Below, piece after piece: positions 1 to 7,353 of a stretch of 52,253 nucleotides of DNA. Positions within the stretch are counted from its first letter, which is position 1; every line of letters starts with the position of its first letter. Made by a program: the position numbers and the translations under genes. Origin of the DNA: Candidatus Margulisiibacteriota bacterium (GTDB taxonomy: Bacteria; Margulisbacteria; WOR-1; O2-12-FULL-45-9; XYB2-FULL-48-7); NCBI GenBank assembly GCA_041649975.1, contig JBAZMB010000001.1, forward strand, positions 1-52,253, read 5' to 3'. Under the pieces are notes generated by a model, which worked only from the letters and a program-made list of their open reading frames with translations, was not told where the DNA came from and made no database searches.

Positions 1-134
1 CAGGCCTCAAGAAAAGCAAGCGCGGCCAGGAAAACCGCTTGCAGCCGGAAGATCCCGATCAGGGCGCTGAACCTTTTCGCCGCGACCAGCGCGAACGCGG
101 TCAATAAAATACCATATATAATAAAGGTCGTCAT
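1..134 (-). CDS. HyfE-like small membrane subunit of a group-4 hydrogenase / formate-hydrogenlyase-type complex; only the first ~44 codons lie inside the window
   Basis: Absent from the ORF track because it runs off the left edge. The minus-strand ATG at 134-132 shares its A with the TAA stop of the upstream gene (TAATG coupling). The translation MTTFIIYGILLTAFALVAAKRFSALIGIFRLQAVFLAALAFLEA is hydrophobic. The call rests mainly on its position after HyfB/HyfC-like genes. Confidence 0.4.
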   Translation of the reverse strand, partial: MTTFIIYGILLTAFALVAAKRFSALIGIFRLQAVFLAALAFLEA

Positions 135-1012
135 TATACCCCCAGAGCGGCCGAAATGACCGCCAGCAAAGCCAGGATCCCGGCAAAGAACAGAAAATCG
201 ACCACCCTAAAAAGCCGCATCTTAGCCAGCGAAACTTCCGTGAAAGCGACGATCACGGCCAGCGCGAGAAGCGAAAGCAAGAACCAACCGACCTGGCTGA
301 CCAGCGGCGGCCAGGCGACCAGCAGGACCAGGGAAAAGAAGATCGCCTGTTTCAGATAAGAAGCCAGTTCAAGTAAAGCGAGAGAGCGACCGGAATATTC
401 CAGGACCATCGCTTCGTGGATCATCGTCAATTCAAGATGAGTTTCCTGATTGTCGACCGGCAGACGGGAAGTTTCCGCCAGGGTCGCCAGAAACAACGCT
501 CCCGCCGCCAGAATGGCCGGGACACCCAGCCCGCCGGCGGCGATCTTTAAAAAGCCGGTCCCGCCGGCAACTAAGGCGACGGCAAAAACCGCCAAAAGAA
601 TGATCGGTTCAAGAAAACTGGCAAAGAACATTTCCCGGGAAGAGCCGAGCCCGCCAAAAGCGCTGGCCGGATCAAGCCCGGCCAGGGCCAGGAAGAAGCG
701 CCCCAGCGACAGGACAAAGATCAGAAGAATAAAATCGCCGGCGTATTGGGCCAGCGCGCCATTGCCAAGCAGCGGCAACAAAGCGGCGGCGGCCAGCGTC
801 GCTCCCAGGACAACGTATGGGGTCAGTTTCATCAGCCAGGAGGAATGTTCGGAAAAGCATTCGTCCTTGTGGAATAATTTAACGAGATTGAAATATGGCT
901 GGAAGATCCCCGGTCCGCGGCGCAGCCGCAGATTATTTTTCACCTTGGCGACCACCCCGCTGATCAGCGGCGCGACCGCCAGCAATAATAATAACTGAAC
1001 AACGATCTCCAT
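134..1012 (-). CDS. hyfC: Hydrogenase-4 component C / formate hydrogenlyase subunit 4 family (NuoH/HycD-like membrane subunit)
   Basis: 292-aa polytopic protein. The N-terminus LISGVVAKVKNNLRLRRGPGIFQPYFNLVKLFHK matches the conserved start of NuoH/HycD/HyfC subunits. There is a 2-nt gap to the upstream antiporter-like gene. Confidence 0.8.
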   Translation of the reverse strand: MEIVVQLLLLLAVAPLISGVVAKVKNNLRLRRGPGIFQPYFNLVKLFHKDECFSEHSSWLMKLTPYVVLGATLAAAALLPLLGNGALAQYAGDFILLIFVLSLGRFFLALAGLDPASAFGGLGSSREMFFASFLEPIILLAVFAVALVAGGTGFLKIAAGGLGVPAILAAGALFLATLAETSRLPVDNQETHLELTMIHEAMVLEYSGRSLALLELASYLKQAIFFSLVLLVAWPPLVSQVGWFLLSLLALAVIVAFTEVSLAKMRLFRVVDFLFFAGILALLAVISAALGV

Positions 1013-1014
1013 TG

Positions 1015-2820
1015 TTAAAACCTGCCTATAAATAACAGCAACAACAATACGACGACCAGAATATAAGACAAATAGATCTGGATGCTCCCGGCCTGGAAAC
1101 GCTTCATCCCCTTCGCCGTCTGGAAAAGCCCGCCGACGAACGGCAGATAAAAGAATTCTTTAAAAACCTTAGCGGTCCTGGCTTCATAAACCAGCGACCG
1201 GACATGGTAATGAGAATCCTTGGTCGTCTGGGTACTGCGCGATGGCCGGAGGAAAAAACCGAAAGCGATCCGGAACGGCTTGGAAAAGCCGGTCGCCGAG
1301 TATTCCTGGCGCGGGGTCAGCTGGTAATAACCACAATCCCAGGTCGGAACAACAACGCGCCGGGACCGGCCGAAAAATAAAAAGGTCGCCGCTATTACCA
1401 GCCCGAACGCGGCAACAAGCGCCAGCATGACCAACGGCGGAGACAAGTCGGCTCCCGGCAAGCGTAAGATGTATTGGTTAAAAGCAAACGAAGGGATCGG
1501 CACGCCGGCGGCCGAAGCGGCAACCTTCGCCAGCAACCCAACGATCGGGACCGCTCCAAGGGAAAGCCCGATTATTAAGAGCACCAGCCAACCCATCCCC
1601 AGCAACATGGTCAGCGGCGCTTCTTTGGCTTGTTCCGCTTTGGCGCTCCTGGGTCGGGCAAGGAAGGTCAGGCCAAAAGCCCTAACCATGCAAGCGGCGG
1701 TCAGGCCGCCGGTCAAAGCAAGGACGGCGGCACAGAGGGCCAGGATAACTTTCAAACCGGCCGGAGCGGTCAGCGCCCCCAGGAATAAGACCTGCAACGT
1801 CAGCCATTCGCTGATAAAACCGTTAAGCGGCGGCAAGGCGGCGATCGCCAGCGCCCCGATCAGGAAAAAGGCCGACGTCCAGGGGAGCTTATTGATCAAG
1901 CCGCCAAGCTTCTCCAGGTTTTTTGTCCCGGCGGAGCGATAAACGCTCCCCGCTCCCAGGAAAAGCAGGCTTTTAAAGGCGGCGTGGTTAATAAGATGAT
2001 ATAAGGCGGCGACCAGGGCCAGGCTCGCCAGGACCGGCTGGCCAAGCGGGATAAAAACCATCGCCGCCCCCAAACCAAGCATAATGACCCCGATATTTTC
2101 AATGCTGGAATAGGCCAGCACGGTCTTAAGATCGTTATCGATCAAAGCGTAAATGATCCCGACCAGGCAAGTCAAACAGGCCAACAGAATAACGATCCCG
2201 CCCCACCAAAGGGCCTGGATCCCCAGCACAAAAAAGACAAAACGCAGCAAACCGTAGATCGCCACCTTGATCATCACTCCGGACATGAGGGCGGAAATAT
2301 GGCTCGGCGCCTGGGGATGGGCGTAAGGAAGCCAGAGATGAAGCGGGACGATCCCCGCTTTGATCCCAAAGCCGATCAGGAAAAAGAAGAACAACAGGTC
2401 CCGGCTCCCCGCCGGCAGGACCGCGGAGTGCCAAGCCAGCAGATCAAAAGAGCCGGTGTAATGATGGATCAGAAATATTCCCGCGGCAATAAAAGCCGCC
2501 CCGACGTGGCTCATGACAATGTAGATCGTCGCCGCCTTGATCGACTTTTCGGACTCCTTTTCGAACATGACCAGAAAATACGATAATAGGGTCATAACCT
2601 CCCAGCAGACCAGGAAAGTCAGCGCGCTCCGGACCGAGACGACCAGCAGCATCGAGCCGACAAAGGCCAGCGCCAACAACTGGCCAACCATGATCTTACG
2701 GCGCGAATATTTACCCGCTAAATAACCGAACGAATAAAGCAGGACCGGCAAAGCAATGGTTACTATTAGAGCGAGGAAAAAAAAAGCCAGCGGATCAAGC
2801 AAGAATTCCCAATTGAACAT
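1015..2820 (-). CDS. hyfB: Hydrogenase-4 component B / NuoL-type antiporter-like membrane subunit
   Basis: 601-aa polytopic protein. It has the antiporter-like core motifs WEVMTLLSYFLV and GFGIKAGIVPLHLWLPYAHPQAPSHISALMSGVMIKVAIYGLLR, typical of the HyfB/HycC/NuoL family. Confidence 0.85.
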   Translation of the reverse strand: MFNWEFLLDPLAFFFLALIVTIALPVLLYSFGYLAGKYSRRKIMVGQLLALAFVGSMLLVVSVRSALTFLVCWEVMTLLSYFLVMFEKESEKSIKAATIYIVMSHVGAAFIAAGIFLIHHYTGSFDLLAWHSAVLPAGSRDLLFFFFLIGFGIKAGIVPLHLWLPYAHPQAPSHISALMSGVMIKVAIYGLLRFVFFVLGIQALWWGGIVILLACLTCLVGIIYALIDNDLKTVLAYSSIENIGVIMLGLGAAMVFIPLGQPVLASLALVAALYHLINHAAFKSLLFLGAGSVYRSAGTKNLEKLGGLINKLPWTSAFFLIGALAIAALPPLNGFISEWLTLQVLFLGALTAPAGLKVILALCAAVLALTGGLTAACMVRAFGLTFLARPRSAKAEQAKEAPLTMLLGMGWLVLLIIGLSLGAVPIVGLLAKVAASAAGVPIPSFAFNQYILRLPGADLSPPLVMLALVAAFGLVIAATFLFFGRSRRVVVPTWDCGYYQLTPRQEYSATGFSKPFRIAFGFFLRPSRSTQTTKDSHYHVRSLVYEARTAKVFKEFFYLPFVGGLFQTAKGMKRFQAGSIQIYLSYILVVVLLLLLFIGRF

Positions 2821-2835
2821 TAGCGCCTTTTTCTA

Positions 2836-2855
2836 TTCTGTCGCCAACGGCAGAA
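2836..2855. promoter_or_regulatory. Imperfect palindrome TTCTGTCG-CCAA-CGGCAGAA, 16-35 nt upstream of the hyfB-like start
   Basis: Read directly: 7 of 8 arm positions are complementary. It lies in the leader/promoter of the hydrogenase-type operon and could be an operator or a 5'-UTR hairpin. Confidence 0.3.
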
Positions 2856-2937
2856 AATGTTGAATTTAGTGACTTATTAACTTTACTCCTGTCGCTCCGG
2901 CTTGTCAAATTACCGGCCGCCATTGACCTGGTCGACG

Positions 2938-2946
2938 TGTTATAAT
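2938..2946 (+). promoter_or_regulatory. Extended -10 box TGtTATAAT, 6 nt upstream of the ATG at 2953
   Basis: TGT TATAAT gacgcc ATG. No Shine-Dalgarno can fit, which implies a leaderless transcript. The nearby TTGACC at 2923 is only 12 nt away and is not used as a -35. Confidence 0.45.
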
Positions 2947-2952
2947 GACGCC

Positions 2953-3699
2953 ATGAAATATTTCCTTGTGCTGGTCCTGATTTGCGAGCTGGCCGGTAGC
3001 GCCCTCGCCCTTTTTAGCGTTAAAATCCCGGACTTGGCCGCCGGCGACCGTTCCGCCTATGAAACCCGCCTTAAAGAGAGCGGCAGACTGGCCGGCAGTT
3101 CGGAACGCGACGTGCAAAAAGCCCGCTATGCCGACCGCGACTATTTCGTGGTCAAAACGACCGGCCGGGCCGAGCTGGACAACGGCGACAAGCTGACTTC
3201 GCTGACCACCGCTTACTACCTGATCAATCCGGACGGTTCGGTCAACGTTTACTCTCATGAAGGAGCAAGCAAGAAGAACGGCCAGCCTTTCACTTATGTA
3301 AAAATAACTTTTGACTGGCCGGGCCGGGTTGCCGGCTTACTATTCAAAAACCTGGAGAAAAAACAGACCAAGACTAAAACGATCGAGCTGACCGAAAATA
3401 CCGTTTACGCCTCCGACCTTCCCCCCTACCTCCAGGCGATCGTGCGAAACAACCGCCCGGCCGGGAAATTTAAGCTGATCATTCCGACCGGCGACACCTA
3501 TAACATGACTTATCAGGCAGAAGCCCAGGAAAACAACGCCATCCGGGTCGATCTTAAGCCGGACCTGGGGATCTTCTCCGGCCTTATCCCAACGATCACT
3601 TTCTGGTTCCAGGCCGAGGCGCCCCATCAATTCATCCGTTACGAAGGGCCGCAAAGCGGGCCTTTCTCGCCAATAGTCGTAGAGAAAAGAATTAAGTAA
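2953..3699 (+). CDS. Hypothetical exported protein (signal peptide)
   Basis: The ORF-track frame is 2902..3699, but I place the start at the internal ATG at 2953. That gives MKYFLVLVLICELAGSALALFS, a classic signal peptide. I recognise no family. Confidence 0.6.
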   Translation: MKYFLVLVLICELAGSALALFSVKIPDLAAGDRSAYETRLKESGRLAGSSERDVQKARYADRDYFVVKTTGRAELDNGDKLTSLTTAYYLINPDGSVNVYSHEGASKKNGQPFTYVKITFDWPGRVAGLLFKNLEKKQTKTKTIELTENTVYASDLPPYLQAIVRNNRPAGKFKLIIPTGDTYNMTYQAEAQENNAIRVDLKPDLGIFSGLIPTITFWFQAEAPHQFIRYEGPQSGPFSPIVVEKRIK

Positions 3700-3773
3700 G
3701 CGCTGGCTTTCAGCACTCTTTTGAGCTATTATTCCTAGCGGATATTCTTTAGTTTACTCGGGAGGGGATCAAC

Positions 3774-4223
3774 ATGACCGGATTAAACGGCGTCAGCGGA
3801 CCGATCTTCCAAAACACGAACACCGATAACGTCAGCAAACCAAATCAGGCCAAGGAATACCAGGAATACATCCTGAACATGCAACAAAACTTTAACACCA
3901 TGCTCAACGATCTGGTCAGCGATTCGAGCAGCGGCAGTAAAAGTTCTTCCGATTCCGACACGCTTTCTTCCTTGATCAAAAGCACGACCTCCGACACCGG
4001 GGCCTCCAACTCAACGCTGCTCGATCAACAGCGATTGTCGATCCTGGAACAGAACTCCCAGCTGCTAGGCCAGCAAGTGATTTTCTACAACTCCACGACC
4101 GGACAGCAGGAGACCGGGACCGTCAACAAGATATTGGTCAGCAGTACCGCCGTTCCTTCGGTCGTCCTCTCTGACGGCCGGGAACTCCCGGTCGCTTCAT
4201 TGGTCGGGCTCAAACAAAAGTAA
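3774..4223 (+). CDS. FlgD-like protein (flagellar hook capping/scaffold family resemblance) with a Ser/Thr-rich central linker
   Basis: Strong SD (GGGAGGGG) lies 6 nt upstream of the ATG. There is no signal peptide. KEYQEYILNMQQNFNTMLN resembles the FlgD N-terminal motif and LSILEQN resembles the FlgD SSLEQ motif. The C-terminus LLGQQVIFYNSTTGQQETGTVNKILVSSTAVPSVVLSDGRELPVASLVGL resembles the FlgD Tudor-like domain (compare Bacillus FlgD ...GKEVKW...TGTVSSV...LVLDDGTEI...V). This is memory-based similarity only. Confidence 0.5.
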   Translation: MTGLNGVSGPIFQNTNTDNVSKPNQAKEYQEYILNMQQNFNTMLNDLVSDSSSGSKSSSDSDTLSSLIKSTTSDTGASNSTLLDQQRLSILEQNSQLLGQQVIFYNSTTGQQETGTVNKILVSSTAVPSVVLSDGRELPVASLVGLKQK

Positions 4224-4301
4224 GCGGACCTCGATCCATAACCAAGGAGGTGCGAGCAAAATAAATATTGCCCCCGTCCAAAACAAATCCTGGAGGTTCG
4301 C

Positions 4302-5009
4302 ATGAAAAAAATATATCTTTCTTTATTGATCGCCGTTTGCCTTGCCACTCTCGTTTCGGCCGAAATGCTGATCACCGCCAATCCAATCGGCCAGGGGAAA
4401 TGGGGATTTGCCGGAGCCTACATGCAGGACTCAAATTTACAAGCAGGCGGCCTGACCAGCCTCTCCTTAACCACTTACGGCGGTTACGCGGCTTACGGAC
4501 TAACCGACAAACTTGATCTCTTATTAAGCCTTGGTTCAGCCACAGTCGGAAATATCCCGGCAACATTCGGCGGTATTCCCATGGCCGGAAGCGCGATGTC
4601 GATGACCGCTTACGGTTTAACCGCTAAATACACCCTTATTGACGAGGGGACCCTGCTCCCCGTCTCGGTCGCGTTCGGCGCCGGATACAAATCAGTCACT
4701 TCTTCCACCACTAACCCAACCATCGCCGGCGGAGGGACCACCACCGCAAACGGCTCACAAATTTTGGCCGGCTTTGGCTGCAGTAAGATCATCATTCCGT
4801 TCGTTCCCTATGCCGGTTTGATGTATCGCAGCAACGCTTCCGGCGGCTCTACGGTTTCAACCCAGCTCGATTTAACGTTAGGCACCGCGATCGCCTGGTC
4901 GAGACAGGGCGCGGTCCTGCTTGAGTACACTTCACAGTCGATCACGCCAAACGGCGGCTCGGCTTACACCAGCGGACAAATGGCCGCGTCCGTCACCTAT
5001 ACTCTTTAG
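4302..5009 (+). CDS. Hypothetical small outer-membrane beta-barrel protein
   Basis: Signal peptide MKKIYLSLLIAVCLATLVSA. The body is Gly/Ser/Thr/Tyr-rich with alternating hydrophobic strands, and the C-terminal strand is ASVTYTL. SD CTGGAGG lies upstream. Confidence 0.6.
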   Translation: MKKIYLSLLIAVCLATLVSAEMLITANPIGQGKWGFAGAYMQDSNLQAGGLTSLSLTTYGGYAAYGLTDKLDLLLSLGSATVGNIPATFGGIPMAGSAMSMTAYGLTAKYTLIDEGTLLPVSVAFGAGYKSVTSSTTNPTIAGGGTTTANGSQILAGFGCSKIIIPFVPYAGLMYRSNASGGSTVSTQLDLTLGTAIAWSRQGAVLLEYTSQSITPNGGSAYTSGQMAASVTYTL

Positions 5010-5018
5010 CTGATGAAA

Positions 5019-5046
5019 GGGGGCTCCTTATTGGGAGCCCCCTTTT
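5019..5046 (+). terminator. Rho-independent terminator
   Basis: GGGGGCTCC-TTATTG-GGAGCCCCC followed by TTTT, immediately after the stop at 5009. Confidence 0.8.
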
Positions 5047-5051
5047 CCCTC

Positions 5052-5081
5052 TTGCCCGGTTCTTACCCTAAATGCTAAACT
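5052..5081 (+). promoter_or_regulatory. Promoter: TTGCCC - 18 nt - TGcTAAACT, with the -10 ending 6 nt before the ATG at 5088
   Basis: Read directly. No SD precedes 5088, which is consistent with a leaderless start. Confidence 0.45.
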
Positions 5082-5087
5082 TCAGAA

Positions 5088-5939
5088 ATGAAAAAAATAT
5101 TTAATTTAATTATCATTCTGACCCTGGCGGTTTTTATGACCGGGCTGCTGTTGCCTGGGACCGCGGAAGCCCGCTACATCATTAAACGAGCGACGGTCAA
5201 CCTGGAACACGAACCGATCGGCCGCTGTTTTATTTATAGCGACTACTCGTTTATTCTTGAGCTCCCGGAAGGAACGATCAAGAACGAATTAGCCAAAGCT
5301 TTGCGCGAACTGATCGCCCGGGGAGTCGCCGCCCTCCGTTACGAGGAAAAGGAGGGAGACGCGCTGGTCATGAAAGAAGGGACCTTCACTCGCGACGAAC
5401 CTAATTTCGCCAATGCTCTCCTCTATTCCGCCGCGGAACTTGCCAACGCCGCGACCAAAGACGGTTATCTCTCGTTCACTCCGTTAGCCGATCAGATCAT
5501 ACCGGCACTGACGGCAGAACCCAATAAAGCCTATAAACTATCGGCCTTGACCCGCCAGGCCGACCTCGATTACAAAATGATCAAGAACATCGATTCTCTC
5601 CCTACTCCGTTCCCAAAAGGGAGCAACTACCAGATCGGCGATCTCAAAACCGTCAAAGGAAAATATCTTGTTTATAAGTTCATCGCCGCTTACGAGGGGG
5701 AAACGGCCGAGGGGACCGGTTATTTTCACGACCTGCTGGTAGTTAAGACCAACCAGGCGGGCGAGATCCTCGACGCGTACAACTACACGCTGGAGTGGCA
5801 GGACACCCCCAGCCTGGCGCTTTATCGGGCCACCAGTACCGGACAAAAACTGATCAGCGGTTTTGACATCGGCGGGTTGGAACTGGTCAACATCGGCTCA
5901 CGCGCTCCATTCGAAGGACGCGGCGATCTTTCATTCTAA
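5088..5939 (+). CDS. Hypothetical exported protein
   Basis: 283 aa with the N-terminal signal peptide MKKIFNLIIILTLAVFMTGLLLPGTAEA. I recognise no family. Confidence 0.6.
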   Translation: MKKIFNLIIILTLAVFMTGLLLPGTAEARYIIKRATVNLEHEPIGRCFIYSDYSFILELPEGTIKNELAKALRELIARGVAALRYEEKEGDALVMKEGTFTRDEPNFANALLYSAAELANAATKDGYLSFTPLADQIIPALTAEPNKAYKLSALTRQADLDYKMIKNIDSLPTPFPKGSNYQIGDLKTVKGKYLVYKFIAAYEGETAEGTGYFHDLLVVKTNQAGEILDAYNYTLEWQDTPSLALYRATSTGQKLISGFDIGGLELVNIGSRAPFEGRGDLSF

Positions 5940-5960
5940 TTAGCCCGGGAGGTGAAAAAT

Positions 5961-6206
5961 ATGGATAATAATGTAAAAGAAGAGTTCAAGGTCTCCGGCG
6001 AGCAATTGCTGAAAAAGATCAACGAACTGATCAAGGAAGGGAACGTCCGGCAGATCACGATCAAGGACAAAGAAGGGAAAACGATCATCTCCTTCCCTCT
6101 GACCTTCGGCGTGATCGGCGCGGCCCTCGCTCCGGTCCTGGCCGCGGTCGGCGCCGTCGCGGCGCTCGTCACCGAATGCACCATTTCGGTCGAACGCAAG
6201 AGCTAG
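5961..6206 (+). CDS. DUF4342 domain-containing small membrane-associated protein
   Basis: EGNVRQITIKDKEGKTIISFPLTFGVIGAALAPVLAAVGAVAALVTECTISVER matches the DUF4342 family pattern. The ATG at 5961 sits 8 nt after GGGAGG. The ORF track starts at the GTG at 5952, which lies inside the SD. Confidence 0.75.
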   Translation: MDNNVKEEFKVSGEQLLKKINELIKEGNVRQITIKDKEGKTIISFPLTFGVIGAALAPVLAAVGAVAALVTECTISVERKS

Positions 6207-6270
6207 AAAAACGCGCTAAAACTAGCTCTCTTTGCCGGTCAGCGGGACGCGGACTTTTCCAGCTTGACTA

Positions 6271-6279
6271 TGATATAAT
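6271..6279 (+). promoter_or_regulatory. Extended -10 box TGaTATAAT, 9 nt upstream of the ATG at 6289
   Basis: Read directly. There is no SD between the box and the start codon. Confidence 0.4.
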
Positions 6280-6288
6280 GCCGTCGTC

Positions 6289-6693
6289 ATGAAAAGAAAT
6301 ATTTTGACTATCGTCATGTTGTCCCTCGCCGTCTTTGCCCTGATCGCCGGCTGCCTCTCCCTGCCGGGCGGGACGGAACGCTTGACCGAGAAGAACAACG
6401 GCACCGATGTTCATCTAACCGTCGGCGACACGCTGATCGTAACCCTGAACGCCAACCCGACGACCGGCTACAATTGGGAGATCGAAGCGCTCAACCCCTT
6501 GCTGCTGTCGCGGGTCGGCGCACCGCAATTTCTAACCTCAAGCCAAATGATCGGCGCGTCAGGTAAAATGGTCTTCACCTTCAAAGCCAGCTCCCCCGGG
6601 ACCTGCGATCTGAGCCTGGTTTACCGGCGCTCCTGGGAAAGGAACGCCAACCCGGCCGGTCTTTTCAAGATCTCTCTGACGATCAAAGAATGA
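6289..6693 (+). CDS. Chagasin-family (I42) cysteine-peptidase inhibitor lipoprotein
   Basis: Lipobox LIAGC. LTVGDTLIVTLNANPTTGYNWE is the hallmark chagasin/ICP motif. Size is 134 aa. Confidence 0.8.
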   Translation: MKRNILTIVMLSLAVFALIAGCLSLPGGTERLTEKNNGTDVHLTVGDTLIVTLNANPTTGYNWEIEALNPLLLSRVGAPQFLTSSQMIGASGKMVFTFKASSPGTCDLSLVYRRSWERNANPAGLFKISLTIKE

Positions 6694-7353
6694 TCAAAAA
6701 ATCGGCTTAAAATTATCGCTCGAGACAGTGACCGTCAACTGAAACAACAAGATCTCCTCGCAAGAACTGTTCGGCAGCAAAAAATAATCCAGGTTAGCGC
6801 GAAAACTTTTCGACTCTTCAATAAATCCAGCGTCTTTCGTTTTCTTAAACAAATCATAATAAACATTAGTCCCGCGAAAGACTAAACTGCAGCGGTCAAA
6901 TATTCCGCCAACACCAAGAATTGAAGTGCCTTCATTGCCGGACTGATTGTTTAACCGGAGCTCAAAATTTAAAAACGGGGAAAAAGCTTGGATATCCAAA
7001 ACTCTGACCGGAAAATCGGGCGGACATTTTAAGGCCTGGCGGCAACGCAAGATCCGATCAAGGGTCAAATAATCGGACTCTTCACCGATTTGCAAAGCCA
7101 ACCCGCACTCGGCCGCGGGAATGACCATTTCCTGGATCGCTTTTATCGCCGGGATCGCTTTTTGTTTCAAGCGGCCAAGCGATAATTTTAAGGCCGGGAT
7201 CAATTCAAATGAACCATGTAAATTAGCGGTTGAAAAAGGGACCGCCCCCTCAGGATAAACTTGCAAATCAGGCCGCCTGGCCAGATTAACGCAAGCCGAC
7301 TTCGCCCTCATGTAGGCGGGAATATATTTTGGGGACTGCAGTTTCCCGATCAT
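6694..7353 (-). CDS. Hypothetical 219-aa protein translationally coupled to the upstream histidine kinase
   Basis: Its ATG overlaps the kinase TGA (ATGA at 7350-7353). There is no signal peptide and no receiver or HTH signature that I can see. It is visibly AT-richer than its neighbours. Confidence 0.55.
   Translation of the reverse strand: MIGKLQSPKYIPAYMRAKSACVNLARRPDLQVYPEGAVPFSTANLHGSFELIPALKLSLGRLKQKAIPAIKAIQEMVIPAAECGLALQIGEESDYLTLDRILRCRQALKCPPDFPVRVLDIQAFSPFLNFELRLNNQSGNEGTSILGVGGIFDRCSLVFRGTNVYYDLFKKTKDAGFIEESKSFRANLDYFLLPNSSCEEILLFQLTVTVSSDNFKPIF

Noticed and set aside
4243-4251. Perfect AAGGAGGTG Shine-Dalgarno-like sequence in the 4224-4301 spacer
   Set aside because: No ATG, GTG or TTG lies at a usable 5-10 nt distance. 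The only frame (GTG CGA GCA AAA TAA) has zero spacing and 4 codons. I treat it as fortuitous or a relic.
6264-6269. TTGACT (and TTGACC at 2923, TTGACA at 14000) as -35 boxes for the nearby -10 hexamers
   Set aside because: The spacers would be 4, 12 and 36 nt respectively, which is incompatible with sigma-70-type geometry. The extended -10 reading is preferred.
6694-7353. Possible PilZ domain in the 219-aa kinase-coupled protein (RILRCR ... NNQSGNEG)
   Set aside because: Neither the RxxxR nor the D/NxSxxG motif fits exactly (RxxR and NxSxxxG), and the surrounding pattern is not PilZ-like. The evidence is insufficient to make the call.
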